A DNA stretch of 64,000 nt from Phallusia mammillata (Eukaryota). Below the pieces are notes generated by a model, which saw nothing but the letters and a program-made list of their open reading frames with translations, was not told the DNA's origin and made no database searches. Position numbers and translations under genes: made by a program. Below are positions 43,091-55,277 of the stretch, piece by piece (within the stretch, counting starts at the first letter, position 1; every line of letters starts with the position of its first letter). The DNA lies in assembly GCA_965637545.1 (NCBI GenBank), contig OZ281497.1:14384001-14448000 (forward strand). Direction: 5' to 3'.

Positions 43091-45688
43091 ATGATTCGTG
43101 AAAATTCGATTTATTGTGTGTGTTTGATTATTCTCACTCAAATATCGGTGTGGGTTCCGATGGGATTGAGTCTTACCGCATTAAACCCGACGGCACCGGT
43201 AATACGCGATTTCGTCAACCAGTCTTTTCTGGTAAGTCAAATACAATGACTAATAAGAACTAGACTAAACCCAATTTAATAAAAAATGAAAGTGTTAATA
43301 TTACGAAAACATTCTTTAAAAAACAGGTGGTAGATAAAATGCTTCAGAGGGTATACTTTGCAATTAAGTTTGTTTTGTGTTTTTCAGATCAGATTCAACA
43401 CATCGGCAACAGAAGAGTTTATGTCTTTAATGATTACTTTGGGCCAATCTTTCCTGATCGCTGGTTCGGCGATTGGAGCAATCTCAGTCAGGTTTTGGAT
43501 AAATAGATTCAGGTAAATTCACACATAACTATTATTAATACATACATGAAATAAAATGCATTAACTGCTACAGACCCCGAGTTTATTCTTTTTGCAACAG
43601 TTCTTTACTATTGTCATAAGTTCGCGGTAAGATGTGCTTGATTAGGCAATGTTTTTATGTTTTTTTTAATTTTAACACATTAGAGAAGTGAAAGTGTTAA
43701 AGTAGGTTATCCTTTTCGCCGTATACTCTGTGATAAGAATTGCCAAATTTCGTGTAAGTATAGAGTTCTCAACCTTTTTCCTTTCGTGGCCCACCTTCAT
43801 TGCAAAAAAATTCTGTGGCCCAGTAAATTTTTAAGTTAGAAAGAAAACAACTATAAAATAGGTTCAGAACAAAAAACAAAACAAAAACATTCCTTCTCAA
43901 TTCCTCCCCAAGTCATTATTCTTGTAAAATTGAGTGTAGTCACTGTAGTGACACAAATAAAAAAAAAATTCTTAAAAAAAGCTTTCTATTTGGTTGGTCT
44001 GTGGCCCAATCAAAATGCTTCCTTGAGAACCACTGGTATAGAGCAAGCCTTATTCTGTACCGATTGGAGGTTACAGAAGCAACACATGCTTTGTATCATG
44101 TTTATTTAACCATGACACGAATTTTCGCTGCATTCCTTTTTGCCCAATCTTGTGAAATGGGTCAGGTCAATTACACAAAACCAATCACTTAAAACGATCG
44201 TATCAAAAAGCATTATGAGTAAATCGTCATTTTACATTACGTGATTATCTTTCTTTTTTAGTCGAAGAGGAGTGATGACTATTGTCCACGTGGCGTCCCT
44301 AGTTTCTGCGATTCTTATGTCGATTGTCGCTTACTTTTCTAACTCCTATGAAATCTTGATCTTGGGTCGTTTTATTAACGGACTTGCAAGAGGCGTTGGA
44401 TTCAACGTTGGTCCTCTCTACGTTGCTGAAATATGCAATAGAAAAACATTGGCTTTTTATCAAAGCTCTGTAGGATGGTTACTACTGATAAGTGGAGCAG
44501 TGGGAAACGGTTTAGGACATCCTTCAGTCTTGGGTGGACAAAGTACGTGGCCGATAGTGCTGGGTTTACCGGGGTTCATATCTCTGTTATACCTGCTATG
44601 TCTTCCGTGGATTCCCAACACTTTGACGTGGCTGATAAAGACAGAAGCACTGGCATCAAGCCCAAATAATAACCAATTGTCTCTGAAACTGTTAAAGAGT
44701 TTACGAAGTGCTTCTGATGATGTCATAGCTGAAGAACATGAATGCCTTAAAACAGAAGTCGACATTGATTTACACGTCGAAAAAGCTTCAATCAAGCAAA
44801 TATTGTCGATAGGAAAATATCGAAGGCAACTAGTGGCTGCCGTTTTTCTCCAGTTTTCCTTTCAGGCTGCCGGAGAACAGGTGGTGTTACAATACACCAA
44901 CGTGTTACTCGAAGAGACAGGCACAAACCCGGAACACTTAACTTTCTACACAATAGGTACGTTACATTAGATAAAATATAAGTGCTTAATGGATAAAAAT
45001 CCAGAAACAAAATGTCCAGTCTAGCTTCAATTGAAAATTAAACTAATTCATTTGTAGGAATCCTGGTGTTGATGTCGGTCATAACAATTATTGCAACTCC
45101 TCTTCTTGGAAGATTTGGTGGTCGAAAGATGTTGATATCTGGATTATCTGTGTCCTCAGTTGGAATCTTTTTGCTCATTATATCGTCAATAACAAGCAAA
45201 TTTATTTCCAGCATGTCATATGTTGGAATTGCGGCTATGGCCATTCTTATCATCGGAATTGCTATTGGTCCATTGTTAACTCTCGCTTCTTTGCCATCGG
45301 AGGTTACCAGTCAAATTGTCCGACCAAATGCATTATGGCTCAGTGGTGCAGTGTTTTGGGTGTCTGGTGCTGCCATTGCATTTATTGTGCCTTACTCAAT
45401 CGACGCTTGGGGCGGTTACGCATATATACCCTTCTTTGTTTTGGTTATTTTTGAGGTAGGTCAAAAGTCAACTTTTTTCATGTACAATTATACGACTTCA
45501 AAACCTAACCACTTATGTTATACCTTGCGCAGATAGTATTCGTCGTGTTCTTCATACCAGAAACATTCCGAAAAACCGCTTCTGAAATCCAGGAATACTT
45601 TGAGAAGGGAAATCATTTTTACAAAAAAGCTGCTGACACAAACAATGGTTCAGTTTATCCAAACGTTCATTTAGAGACGATCACATGA
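43091..45688 (+). CDS. SLC2A/GLUT-family (MFS sugar porter) transporter, copy A, 504 aa
   Basis: Exons 43091-43231, 43388-43512, 44262-44956, 45058-45455, 45533-45688 (1515 nt, open). NRFSRR, ILGRFING, LYVAE, GRFGGRK, IPET motifs; hydrophobic pattern consistent with a 12-TM porter. Confidence 0.9.
43766..44035. mobile_element. hAT/Buster-type MITE in intron 2 of transporter copy A, left copy only
   Basis: Right TIR TTGAGAACCACTG, left TIR truncated (TTCTCAACC); TSD GTATAGAG at 43758-43765 and 44036-44043; single CTATAGAG at the matching site ~55935. Confidence 0.8.
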
Positions 45689-45911
45689 AATTTTGTATTT
45701 GCATTGCGAGAACTCGTAGCTTTCCATGTTTGTTTTTATCGGTATTGGTATTCTATTTTTCTATGTTAGTAAATGTCTTATTTATTTACTTTTGAAATTA
45801 CACATTTTTTGCATTAAAATGTGTGTTGTATCTCTTTAGTATTAGTCCTACCAATCACAAACTTACACTGTCAGTTTAACCTGTTTTGTGTCAACGTATC
45901 TCTTCACCACA

Positions 45912-45990
45912 ACATATTATCTTTTGCGTGTCAATTTGCATACTATCTTTTGCGTGTCAATTTACATATTATCTTTTGCGTGTCAATATC
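45912..45990. repeat. Short tandem repeat, ~28-bp unit (ATATTATCTTTTGCGTGTCAATTT) x3
   Basis: Three copies here and two at ~57793-57840. Confidence 0.6.
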
Positions 45991-46356
45991 AATTGCGTGT
46001 ATGACACTTTGGGGTCACCTACAGACTCGTGACGTCATAATATACGCCAATAAATGTACTAGTTGCTTTCCCAATATTAAGGCTTTGAAAGCAATAGTCG
46101 TTATGCTTGTCAAGTTGGGGCACATTCATTTGCGTCGTAATTGGTTTCTGTACACTTAATCAGTTTTCACAGTGATTTTCAAACTTTTTTTGAAACGATT
46201 CCCCCCGTAAAAGTTTCAACAAGAACTCAAATGCAAAGCATAAATGGAATTCATGAAACGACATTCAATATCGCACACAAAGAGCACCCCAAAACCAACG
46301 TTATGCATTCCCAGCCAGCTCTTCAAAATACAAAAGTTGAGTGTGGGACTTACAAC

Positions 46357-46885
46357 CAGGGAGTCGAACCACTTAAATATGGGTTAAAGGTTCGGTTCGG
46401 GTTCACTTAGTTTTGTTTTTAAGGGTTCGGGTTCGGTTCAGGTTTTTATAAATGTTTGGTTTCGGGTTCGAGTTTTGTTCCGGTTCGGGCAAATTGCTCG
46501 GTTCAAACCGGTTTGCGGTTTTTAAATCGGTTCGATTAATTTTGGTTTGTCCATCATCTGCCTGGCTTAAATATACTCGGAAGAATTTTAAACGTGCATT
46601 GCAGACACTTTCAAATTTGTTAGTTTTGACACGCCCTATAGCTGTTTATATTCACTGCGCTGTTTTTTTTCAAAAAAATAAATAATAATACAGGCTGCAT
46701 TTGTTACTGGTTCGGTTCGGGTTCGGGCCCAACACCAAACAAAATATAGGGTTCAACTTCGGTTCGGGTTTTTAGGAAATCGTAATTTGCGGTTCGGGTT
46801 CGGGTTCGGGTTCGGTTCGGGTTTAATGAAATAAACCACTCAAACCGGTTCGCGGGTTCGGGTTCAGTTCCGGTTCGACTCCCTG
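46357..46885. mobile_element. GGTTCGG-rich hAT-type MITE (529 bp), left copy
   Basis: TIR CAGGGAGTCGAACC / GGTTCGACTCCCTG; exact TSD CTTACAAC; empty site CTTACAGC at ~59290. Confidence 0.92.
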
Positions 46886-47085
46886 CTTACAACACTTTTG
46901 AGCACAAAACACAATTTAAATCTGTATTTTTTTGGTAATTCTAATAATCGCTACCTTATAGTAATTATTTTTTTCTTATAAAATATGTGTCTTGTTGTAA
47001 ATTATCACTTTACATAGGCTAAAAAACCGCGGCTTACTATCGAATAAATACGGTGCCTAGTTGTAAAAAAATTTAAGGCGCAAGA

Positions 47086-47573
47086 CGTCATAGATCAGCT
47101 TCAAATTTACTCAACCAGAAAGTTTCGCGCCAGTTCCTTGTGCATCGAGTAATCAAGTCAAATTTTTGCCCCGAAAAAAAATGTGCTTGTGTCGTTTTGT
47201 TAATTACTCTGGTAACGTTTCGATCTTTTATTCCCTTTTTCAACTGTGTGGCATCAATGTGTCGGTAAAAAGCATTCTGGCGTGGTCCCATATTAGAGTG
47301 TGAAAAAAGTTAGGAGTAGCAACGATTGGAATTATTCTCTACCGTTGTGCTAATTTATTGTAAGCTAATTACTTTATCAGGGGTATTACACAGTGGTGAT
47401 AAAACTAATAAAAGGGTAAAAAATGTAAATTCTTTAAAGTACGTAACGTACTGTACGTTCCTTAATACTCAAGGTTTAGTTTAGTTTTTGCTGTTACTTG
47501 TTACTTTATTGCATACAAAATGGTTGTTGATTCTGCTGTTGCTACCTCAGTTGAAACAAAACCAAGAACCAAG
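47086..47573 (+). pseudogene. NASP: Orphan duplicate of the NASP promoter and exon 1 (ATG 47520; 8-nt deletion relative to the intact copy)
   Basis: Near-identical to 59490-59973; [18 protein letters not shown]|GTGATT; exons 2-4 not found downstream; E2F-like TTTCGCGC at 47123-47130. Confidence 0.85.
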
Positions 47574-48506
47574 GTGATTACCAATAATTTAAAATATACC
47601 TAGTAGGAGTTTTCTAATTGAACAATTGTGACGTAACAAGGGTTTATGCGCTAACAATCGGAAATTTAAGTTCCGGCTGGGCCGCTGGTTGTTAACTGCA
47701 CTAAATGCAACATATCAAACTGTTTTTTGCATTTTAACAATGTAAAATGAGTAAAAGATGGTTAAAAACGTTTAATGTTGTATCGTTTCGACCCGCCAAA
47801 TAGGTAATAGTTTGTCACAAACATTATATCGATGTTAATCGAATTTATGCCTTCTACAGTTACCAACTTTAGTGCATTCGTGATACTGCGCATCTTAACA
47901 GTAGGATTATCGCTTCAGAAAGGCTTTCAGTTCTTTAGAAATTGTTCCCCGTTTTTTTAAGCAACGATTTTGATTACCTGACAGTTACGCTCATCTTGCA
48001 GCTGCAGTTTTGCTGGGTAAGCTAGATAGCAGCGGCGAAATCAGGAAACTACAAAGCTTTCGCGAAAATTATTTGTTCTTTCTGTCAATTGGACGGGTAG
48101 AGATACCGCCCAAGTCGAAAGTTGTATTAGGTTTCGGTCTTGTACGAAGTTGTACCTTCCGGTTAAAGTGCTTGTTTTTAACAAGAAAACCAAATAGGCA
48201 ATGGGACAATTTAGTGGGAATTTGACGCGTGAATTACGTATTCAGTTTCGGACCCCCAAAGTAAATGAATTTTGTTACACGTTTTTCGTTTCCTGCATTA
48301 TACGTTGTTATACTTTCGCTTTTGGGGGCAGAATTTTATTCAACCTTCACAGTCCTGTAATCTCAATAAAGTTCTGTACTGTAGCAGTCAATGCAACGGA
48401 GAGATACATTTTCTAGTGTACAATACTTCCAACAAAGCACAATAAGTTATATTGTTAATGTGTGTTGTGATGACACAATGGAGGTAACAGTCGCAAAACC
48501 CTGATC

Positions 48507-48657
48507 CAGGGTTTCATAAACGGTTTTCACTCCTATGCAGGATTGTAAAAACGGTTTGGAAACTTAAAAATATTGTCCTGCTGTTAATGCTAGTACAAAT
48601 GTTTGCCTCCACGGACCCCCTGAAACCATCACACGGACCCCAGGTTGGGAACCACTG
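48507..48657. mobile_element. Degenerate Charlie/MER5-like MITE
   Basis: Right end GGACCCCAGGTTGGGAACCACTG; left end CAGGGTTTCATAAAC degenerate; no clear TSD. Confidence 0.45.
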
Positions 48658-49079
48658 CTCTAGCGTATTTGTGTGGAAATTTTTCCTAACATATCTAATG
48701 ACGTCATTAGGGAAATTCCCAAAATAAAATGTTGGTAAGATTTTAAACTTGGTGGTAACAACTTTCAAGTTATATATGATTGTACGTGTATTCGTGGTTG
48801 GAAGATGCTCAGCTTTAAGCAAAACATAACATAAACTACTGTTACAGCGAGAAATGACTTGTATGTCCTTTCTTTCCCTGTTTCTAGTTCATGTCGGTAA
48901 TCTGACTTCAGTTACTGTGACGTAACAAAGCGCCTACCATGATTGGTTAGAAATCCACAAACGTAACAATGCGTGTGATGTCATTAGTGGTTCAATCTTG
49001 TGCTGACCACGTTTTACAGTTTCTTTCAGTGTGGTAAACAGCATTTTTAGACAAGCCGATAGGCAATAGAACAGAACTA

Positions 49080-49529
49080 CACTTTTCCGCTAGGGGGCAG
49101 TAAATATATTTTTGTAATTTTTTCGGAAACCTATTAAATTGTTATGATTGCGGTTGGTTTTGACGTTATTTATGATTTTAAACCTTCACCTGACCCGAAT
49201 AGCCCTAACCGCCGGCATTTCTACAAGTCTGCAAAACAGAAGATAAATGACCAACGGGACTCGAACCCAAAAGTTGTGCATACAAGGCATTGTTGCTACC
49301 ACTACACTACAGCAGAAATTGAATTAATTGGTTTAAACAGCATATATAAACTACGCATTTAGTTATACAATGAAGGTACTTACGAAATTTACGTTTTTTT
49401 CAATTATTAAAGAATTTACAAGCATTTTCGGCGATAAAAAATAGGTTCAGAATCATTTTATTAGTACTTAATACTGACCCGACTAATTACTCAAGATTTA
49501 ACAAATACCGCCCCCAGCGGAAACAAGTG
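49080..49529. mobile_element. Non-autonomous repeat with terminal inverted repeats and an internal tRNA-derived A/B-box segment (minus strand, 49249-49316)
   Basis: CACTTTTCCGCTAGGGGGCAGTA / TACCGCCCCCAGCGGAAACAAGTG; minus strand reads GTAGTGTAGTGGT...GGGTTCGAGTCCCG. Confidence 0.5.
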
Positions 49530-51015
49530 GTTATTTTCCATTGCTTATCAATTCGTCATTTTTAGTTGTCGCAGTTCATAGTTGATCCAATTTAGTTTTG
49601 GAAATGTTTTGTTCTAACATTAGTGTTTTATGTGTAGCTATAAAAACATGAAAGTTAAAGTAATTGAAATGCTGAAACGTCTTAGTCCGTCAAAGTGCCT
49701 GTAATTCAGTCCTGGACTCCTAACAACTTGGAACGTAATTGAATCTATAAATTGTATTAGTTAAATGTCGTGTTAGTATTTGTGTATGAGTTAAGAAGTT
49801 ATGACTTTCTTAACGTGACATATTGTTTAGAGTAATTTTATCGGCCATATTGAATGTGCATATTATTGCCGATTGTGACACGTTTCTGTTCGTTTAACAG
49901 AGAACCGCTGTTGTGCCATCGAGGAGGAATTTGTATCCGTCAGACAGGCAGCGTTGCGTTCGACACAAATTAGGAAAAAATAGCATGTGGGGTTTTAAAA
50001 TAGCATGTGGGGTGGGTAATAGACAGAAACTTTAATGCACATAATACAAACACAATGTACAGTACTAACACTGCATAAAACTGTAACTATTAACTGTCTA
50101 AGACTGGTTTTACTTTTCTTCAGCTTTACAGCAGTCAAATTCGACCTGTAATTTAGGTCACAATGCAACAATCATTTGCATCCAATCTGCTGTTTTGGCA
50201 CATATTTGGGCTTTTTGGTGTGTCCAGCAAGTCCCTTTCTGCATCATGGTTTTGGTCTGTCTCTTTGTAATGAGACTACTGGTTCTTATTTTGTTTAAAA
50301 CCTGTAATTGAAAAATTAATATGTAATACCGGGGTGGTTTTCTTGCAGATGCAAACCGTAAAACCTTATAAAATGAGTTGCACAAAAATATGTGTTTAGG
50401 TATAATAAAGTTGTTATTGTTTGAAACATCAATAAACGTTAATCACAGATCTTACCGTATTGTTATAAAGCTCCAACGTTTTCTTTTGATGAAAATTATA
50501 CCAAAAGATGTTCAAGATATGAAACTTCCATTTCAACTGTTGTCCACGTTTCAATAAATTCTTGCAAGGATGTTCTGATGCTACTTCCAAATAAATCTTT
50601 TTCAAATAAAATAAACATATTGCAAACTGTCCATAAATTAGGAAATCCAAACATTTTGAGGTTCTATTGCAAAATCGGTCTGAAAACTTTGACAAGTCTG
50701 AAGTCGTTCACCGTTTTCTTTAGACATATATATTTCACCTACGTAATGGGCATCGTCAGTATTTAAAAACGAACTGCGCTAAAAATCGTATGCAAGCTTA
50801 ACCGTAAAGCACAAACAGACGTATCAAAAACTGACTGACAGTAAGGGAGAATTGCAACCTGCTGTTGAATTGCAAACCTGCTGCCGCAGTCAAACACACA
50901 CACAGTAGTAAAAGCGAAAAAAGAAAAAGTAAAACCTGTTATGTAATGAAGTGTGATGTAATTTGTTACTGTTTTTCGCTCTTTTTATCATTTATCAATA
51001 AAAAAAAGAAAAAGA

Positions 51016-52480
51016 ACATCAGTGGTTACAGAAAGCAAAATGCACACAAGGACGTACACGGGAAACAACCCAGGACTTTTTGAGAATGGTGTGGGAACAA
51101 AGAACTGCTATTATTGTGATGATGGCAAAATGTGAAGAGAGATGCAAGGTAGGCGATTAACGTTTTTGTAGGAAGTAAAGGTACCATATAGCCCGTTTTT
51201 AACGGTTACGAAATACATTGGAAGGTGTACTATATGCAGATTTTTGTTACAAAAAACGTCTCGTTAAAGCTAGTACAAATAATTTATGGAAGGCTATATA
51301 TATGTTGGAATGATAAAACACAAACCTTTTCGAATTCATGCAATGCGTCTTGATTACACCATTTCATGTTTATCCCTTCTTCAGGTGAAACGTGAGCAGT
51401 ACTTTTTTTGATCATTACACCACAGCGTAACAGAGGACAAACTTCCAGAACTTTCCTTTTCTTCAACGAACGCCGCAAGAGGTTCACGTGACAGACTCGC
51501 AATTGGTCGTTGGCCATCATCTCGTCACTTGTCACGGACACTGAACTTACCTATTACGTCCCACGGTCGCCACAAAATTGCTTCGTTTTTTGTTTGTCAT
51601 CGGCGGGTCCGACCAAACCTACAGACGAAATATCATTACCTTTAGAACCATTGGAAAGCTAGGATTAGGTGTATAGCTTGTAGCCGCAGAAAGCCAGACT
51701 ATACGACCAATGTTCACGCTTTCTACAGTGAACATCAATATATTTATAGATACTAAATGGAATTTTAAACGCGTTAGGCTGAATCATGCGGTTGTTGTTT
51801 TTTATTTCAACATTTTTTGTCTTCCATGCTTCAAATATTCTTGGAATTTTTAAACATTCATTTTCTTTAATCGCAAACTAGACCTTATTTTTACAAGACG
51901 AAATATGTGCCACAGTTTTAAGTTAAATTGTGTCCGTAAGGCAGTTCTCTCCTTGCCGGATTCGCGCAAACCACTTCAGAACCAAAACAACATTCATCAA
52001 AATTTGTTCCCTTTTCATTTGTCACACGTAGCACTTATTTACTTTGCTCTTGTGTCGATCGCGCTACATTTTAGAATTAGCTGCATCCTCGCCATGACAC
52101 GTCATCAACGACGATGACGTAATACATTAACCCCATTCATATATGACTGCGCATTTTTACGTCGCTTGCAAACTTAGATGAACGATTCTATTTATTTCTC
52201 CCAAAAGTTCTTTTCGCCAAATCCTCCGAATTCAAATGTTGGAAAGCGTTTACTGACTTGACGTTTGCATTGTGTCATACGTGACGTCACAGTTACGACA
52301 TCATGACGAAAGCGACGCGTTTACGTGTTGTGAACTATTTCACAATTTGTTGTGTGCTTGTTTGGCATTTTTGTCGTCTATTATTGTCGTCTCTCCGTAT
52401 GCGTCAACATTGTCAACAATAAATACAACGTGTTGTCGATTTTGTTAAGCCGGGGCCTTCGTCAATTATAAACATGGCTT
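51016..52480 (+). pseudogene. Lar: Decayed duplicate of the LAR 3' end: partial D1 exon, intron, start of next exon fused to the last codons and the full 3'UTR
   Basis: 51016-51148 matches 29294-29436 with an 8-nt frameshifting deletion; junction at ~51403-51409 skips ~3.2 kb (29684-32906); AATAAA at 52418-52423. Confidence 0.9.
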
Positions 52481-55277
52481 TTTTAGGGTTTGGTGATGAA
52501 AAGATTGCATTTCAGGTTACATCATTGTTCAACAATTGGGTTTACACCACTATACACGATAGTTGTGTAGCAATATATATAAGTTTGATTGTGTTAACAA
52601 ATAAGACAAAAGAAGATTTTTGCGTGTGTCGGTTGTTTGTTCCCTTCAAATAGAAGTGGTGACATCATACTTTAGGCTGTTTGGTAAGAGCATTTTATCA
52701 GAGGAAACAATTTGTTTACCCCCAATATACACCTAAGGGTCTACTAATAAGCCACAAATTTGTCTTTTGTTGTTGTTGTTGGCAGTGTCATATTTTTACT
52801 CTTATGTCATTGCTTTGACTTGCTACATTGGCTTCAGTCAAACCTTTTTCGCTTTGAAAACAAACGTAAGGATCTTACAGATTAGGCGCCTAAAGTGCGA
52901 ACGAGAGTTACAATTTTCCATGGAGTTGATGAATCACAGATAGCTTGGGTTGCTTTCTTGCAACTGTTTTTGGTCAACACTTTTGTTATTCACTATACTC
53001 ATGTACCGACTGTGCATGGTGGTTGTGGTGAACCCTAAAATGCACAATTCACATATTAGAAGACCGTCTACTTGAGTTGTTGACGGCGATGCTTGAGTAA
53101 AATTGTTTGTCACGTTCTTGAAATATGTTGCCCTGTGCAGATCAACAAATCAACAAAAGGTTCCAGTAACAAATCAACGACGCCAAATGGAAAAATGACC
53201 AGTCTGCGGTTCTAACAACTCCATTCTCCAGAATTTTGTTTAAGAGTTTTACCCACAACTTGTAGTCACAATAGTAAGAAGATTAAGACGCTTTTTCTCC
53301 CAACTATGAAGTCGTGGTTCCTAAAAAGCTTTTTTCAACTGTCAGACAAATATTTTTTTAAAAACAACTTGTAAATCATCAAATAAATCGTTCCCAAAGA
53401 TTTGCTGTCAAGTGATTAACCACCATAAAAAACGTAAAAGTTCAAATTTTCATTAACAAAACAATCTGAAATTGCGTTCTTTTACAATTAAACTGTTTGC
53501 AAAATGTTTTTTTTTAAATTAAACTGTGTGGAAAATGTTTGTTGTTGTTTTGCAATTAACTGTTTGCAAATGTTTGATTTTTTCCTCGACCAGATTCGAG
53601 CACGTTGTTCTGTAGATGCCACAAAAACTCTACATATGTAGGCAATAAGTTTACTTGTTGTTTTGTACGGTTTTGACAAAAAACATTCCTAGATTGACGT
53701 ATAAAATCAAAGGAGACTCGGGGGACCTGACAAAAGGACTTAATAGGCTGCTAACCGCCCATGGATCGTGCTTTAAAGAACCCACTACTGCATAGGAATA
53801 CTATTTCATAGATTGAACATGAAATCCCCAAATTTGATTTCGTAGAGTAACAATCTATTTCCCTTCCCGGTCATTGAAGTGTGCGTGAATCAAAATCGCA
53901 CCCCTGGGAAAAATTTCTGCATCCGCCCCAAACATGCAAATTCTAGCGCTTTGGCATTTGGAAACCAGTACACTATGTATGTATTTGCACAAAACATGAC
54001 TATGTGACGATGAGGTAGCAGGTATTATGTAACATTTCCACTGCCTGAAATTACGAAGCTAAAACTATTGTGACATCAGGCAAAATGTCCATAATAGTTG
54101 AAGCACCTCCCCACCAAATTTGCGTTTGTTTAATTTTAGAAACCGATTACAAAAATGCGTTTCCTGCGGTCGTGAGGAAAATGCATGAAGTGAAAACTAT
54201 CCCACATTATGTCATGTTACACAGTGACGTTTGGGCGATTCGCAACTACTAGACTACATCTGAACAAATCGTGATTTGTGATGAATGTTATGTCAAGAAT
54301 TGTGTATTGTGGTCATACTTCCGCCTCCTAAATATTCAGGCCCAGGAAACGGGCCTAATATAATACCGAAGTTTGACAAATTGCATTACTATCACAAAAA
54401 ATACAAACCCCTACCTTTACTTCACCTTTAAAAAATTCAAAGAAATCTTTTATTGCTGATTTAAGAGATCGCCCATAAACGTGCTTGTCATCGTTTAACA
54501 GGTTACGTCAGGGAGCTGCTATCAAAATATGTACCTTTTAAATCCTACAAATTGACCCGTTAAAACCTTAATTCAAATGATTAAAGCCAACCTAAAAATG
54601 TTTGTTCGTTTTAGATTATTCGAAAAAATAAAACACGTCAAAAACTCTCCGCCACCACCGATTCGTTATGATGATGATCGCCATCAAAAATAGCAATAGG
54701 AGACCTAAAAAGAAAAAACGTTCTGTCTCACTTTAGTTAAAATTTTAAATTACCAAACACTCCAACGTAACCATTGTTTTAACCGGAAATGTGGGGTTTA
54801 TGACATATTTTGGGGATGGGCGCGTGAGGAAAACATGAACAAAACGAATTTCCGGCGGGGTCGCAAATTGTTTATTCCGAAACAAAAAAATACGTATTTT
54901 TTAATGTTGAGTTAACCATTCTTTGACTGTGACGTTATTGCATACGAATTGTTGCGCCCGCTAAGCAACATCACTACTTCATTTGCCCAACACATGCAAA
55001 AAAGTTTCCCACCTCAGCAATAAGTGTAATAACGAGCCGCTGTTTAGAATCAACATCCCATGATGGACTGAAACTGCAACAAGTCTGTTGTTAATAGAAG
55101 ACTAAAACCATTTTGCTTTGTGTTTCAACTGATGCGTATCCGACAGGATAAACCTGCTAAGTTGCCTTTTTTTTCTTCCCATCCGGCTTTGGGCTTATAA
55201 CTCTCCAAGCCCCACGAATATTTGTGGTAAGTCGTGATCTAGTTGTGGAGAGGGTTGAGGAAACACGGAATTCGACA

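Noticed and set aside
46357-46885. GGTTCGG repeats as a CRISPR array or satellite
   Set aside because: Eukaryotic context, no repeat-spacer periodicity; bounded by TIRs and an 8-bp TSD, so it is a MITE.
49249-49316. tRNA gene
   Set aside because: Only A/B-box-like motifs; no convincing cloverleaf or anticodon arm. Treated as a repeat-derived fragment.
50158-50700. Possible decayed minus-strand exons in the spacer
   Set aside because: Protein-like stretches contain stops and match no family I recognise.
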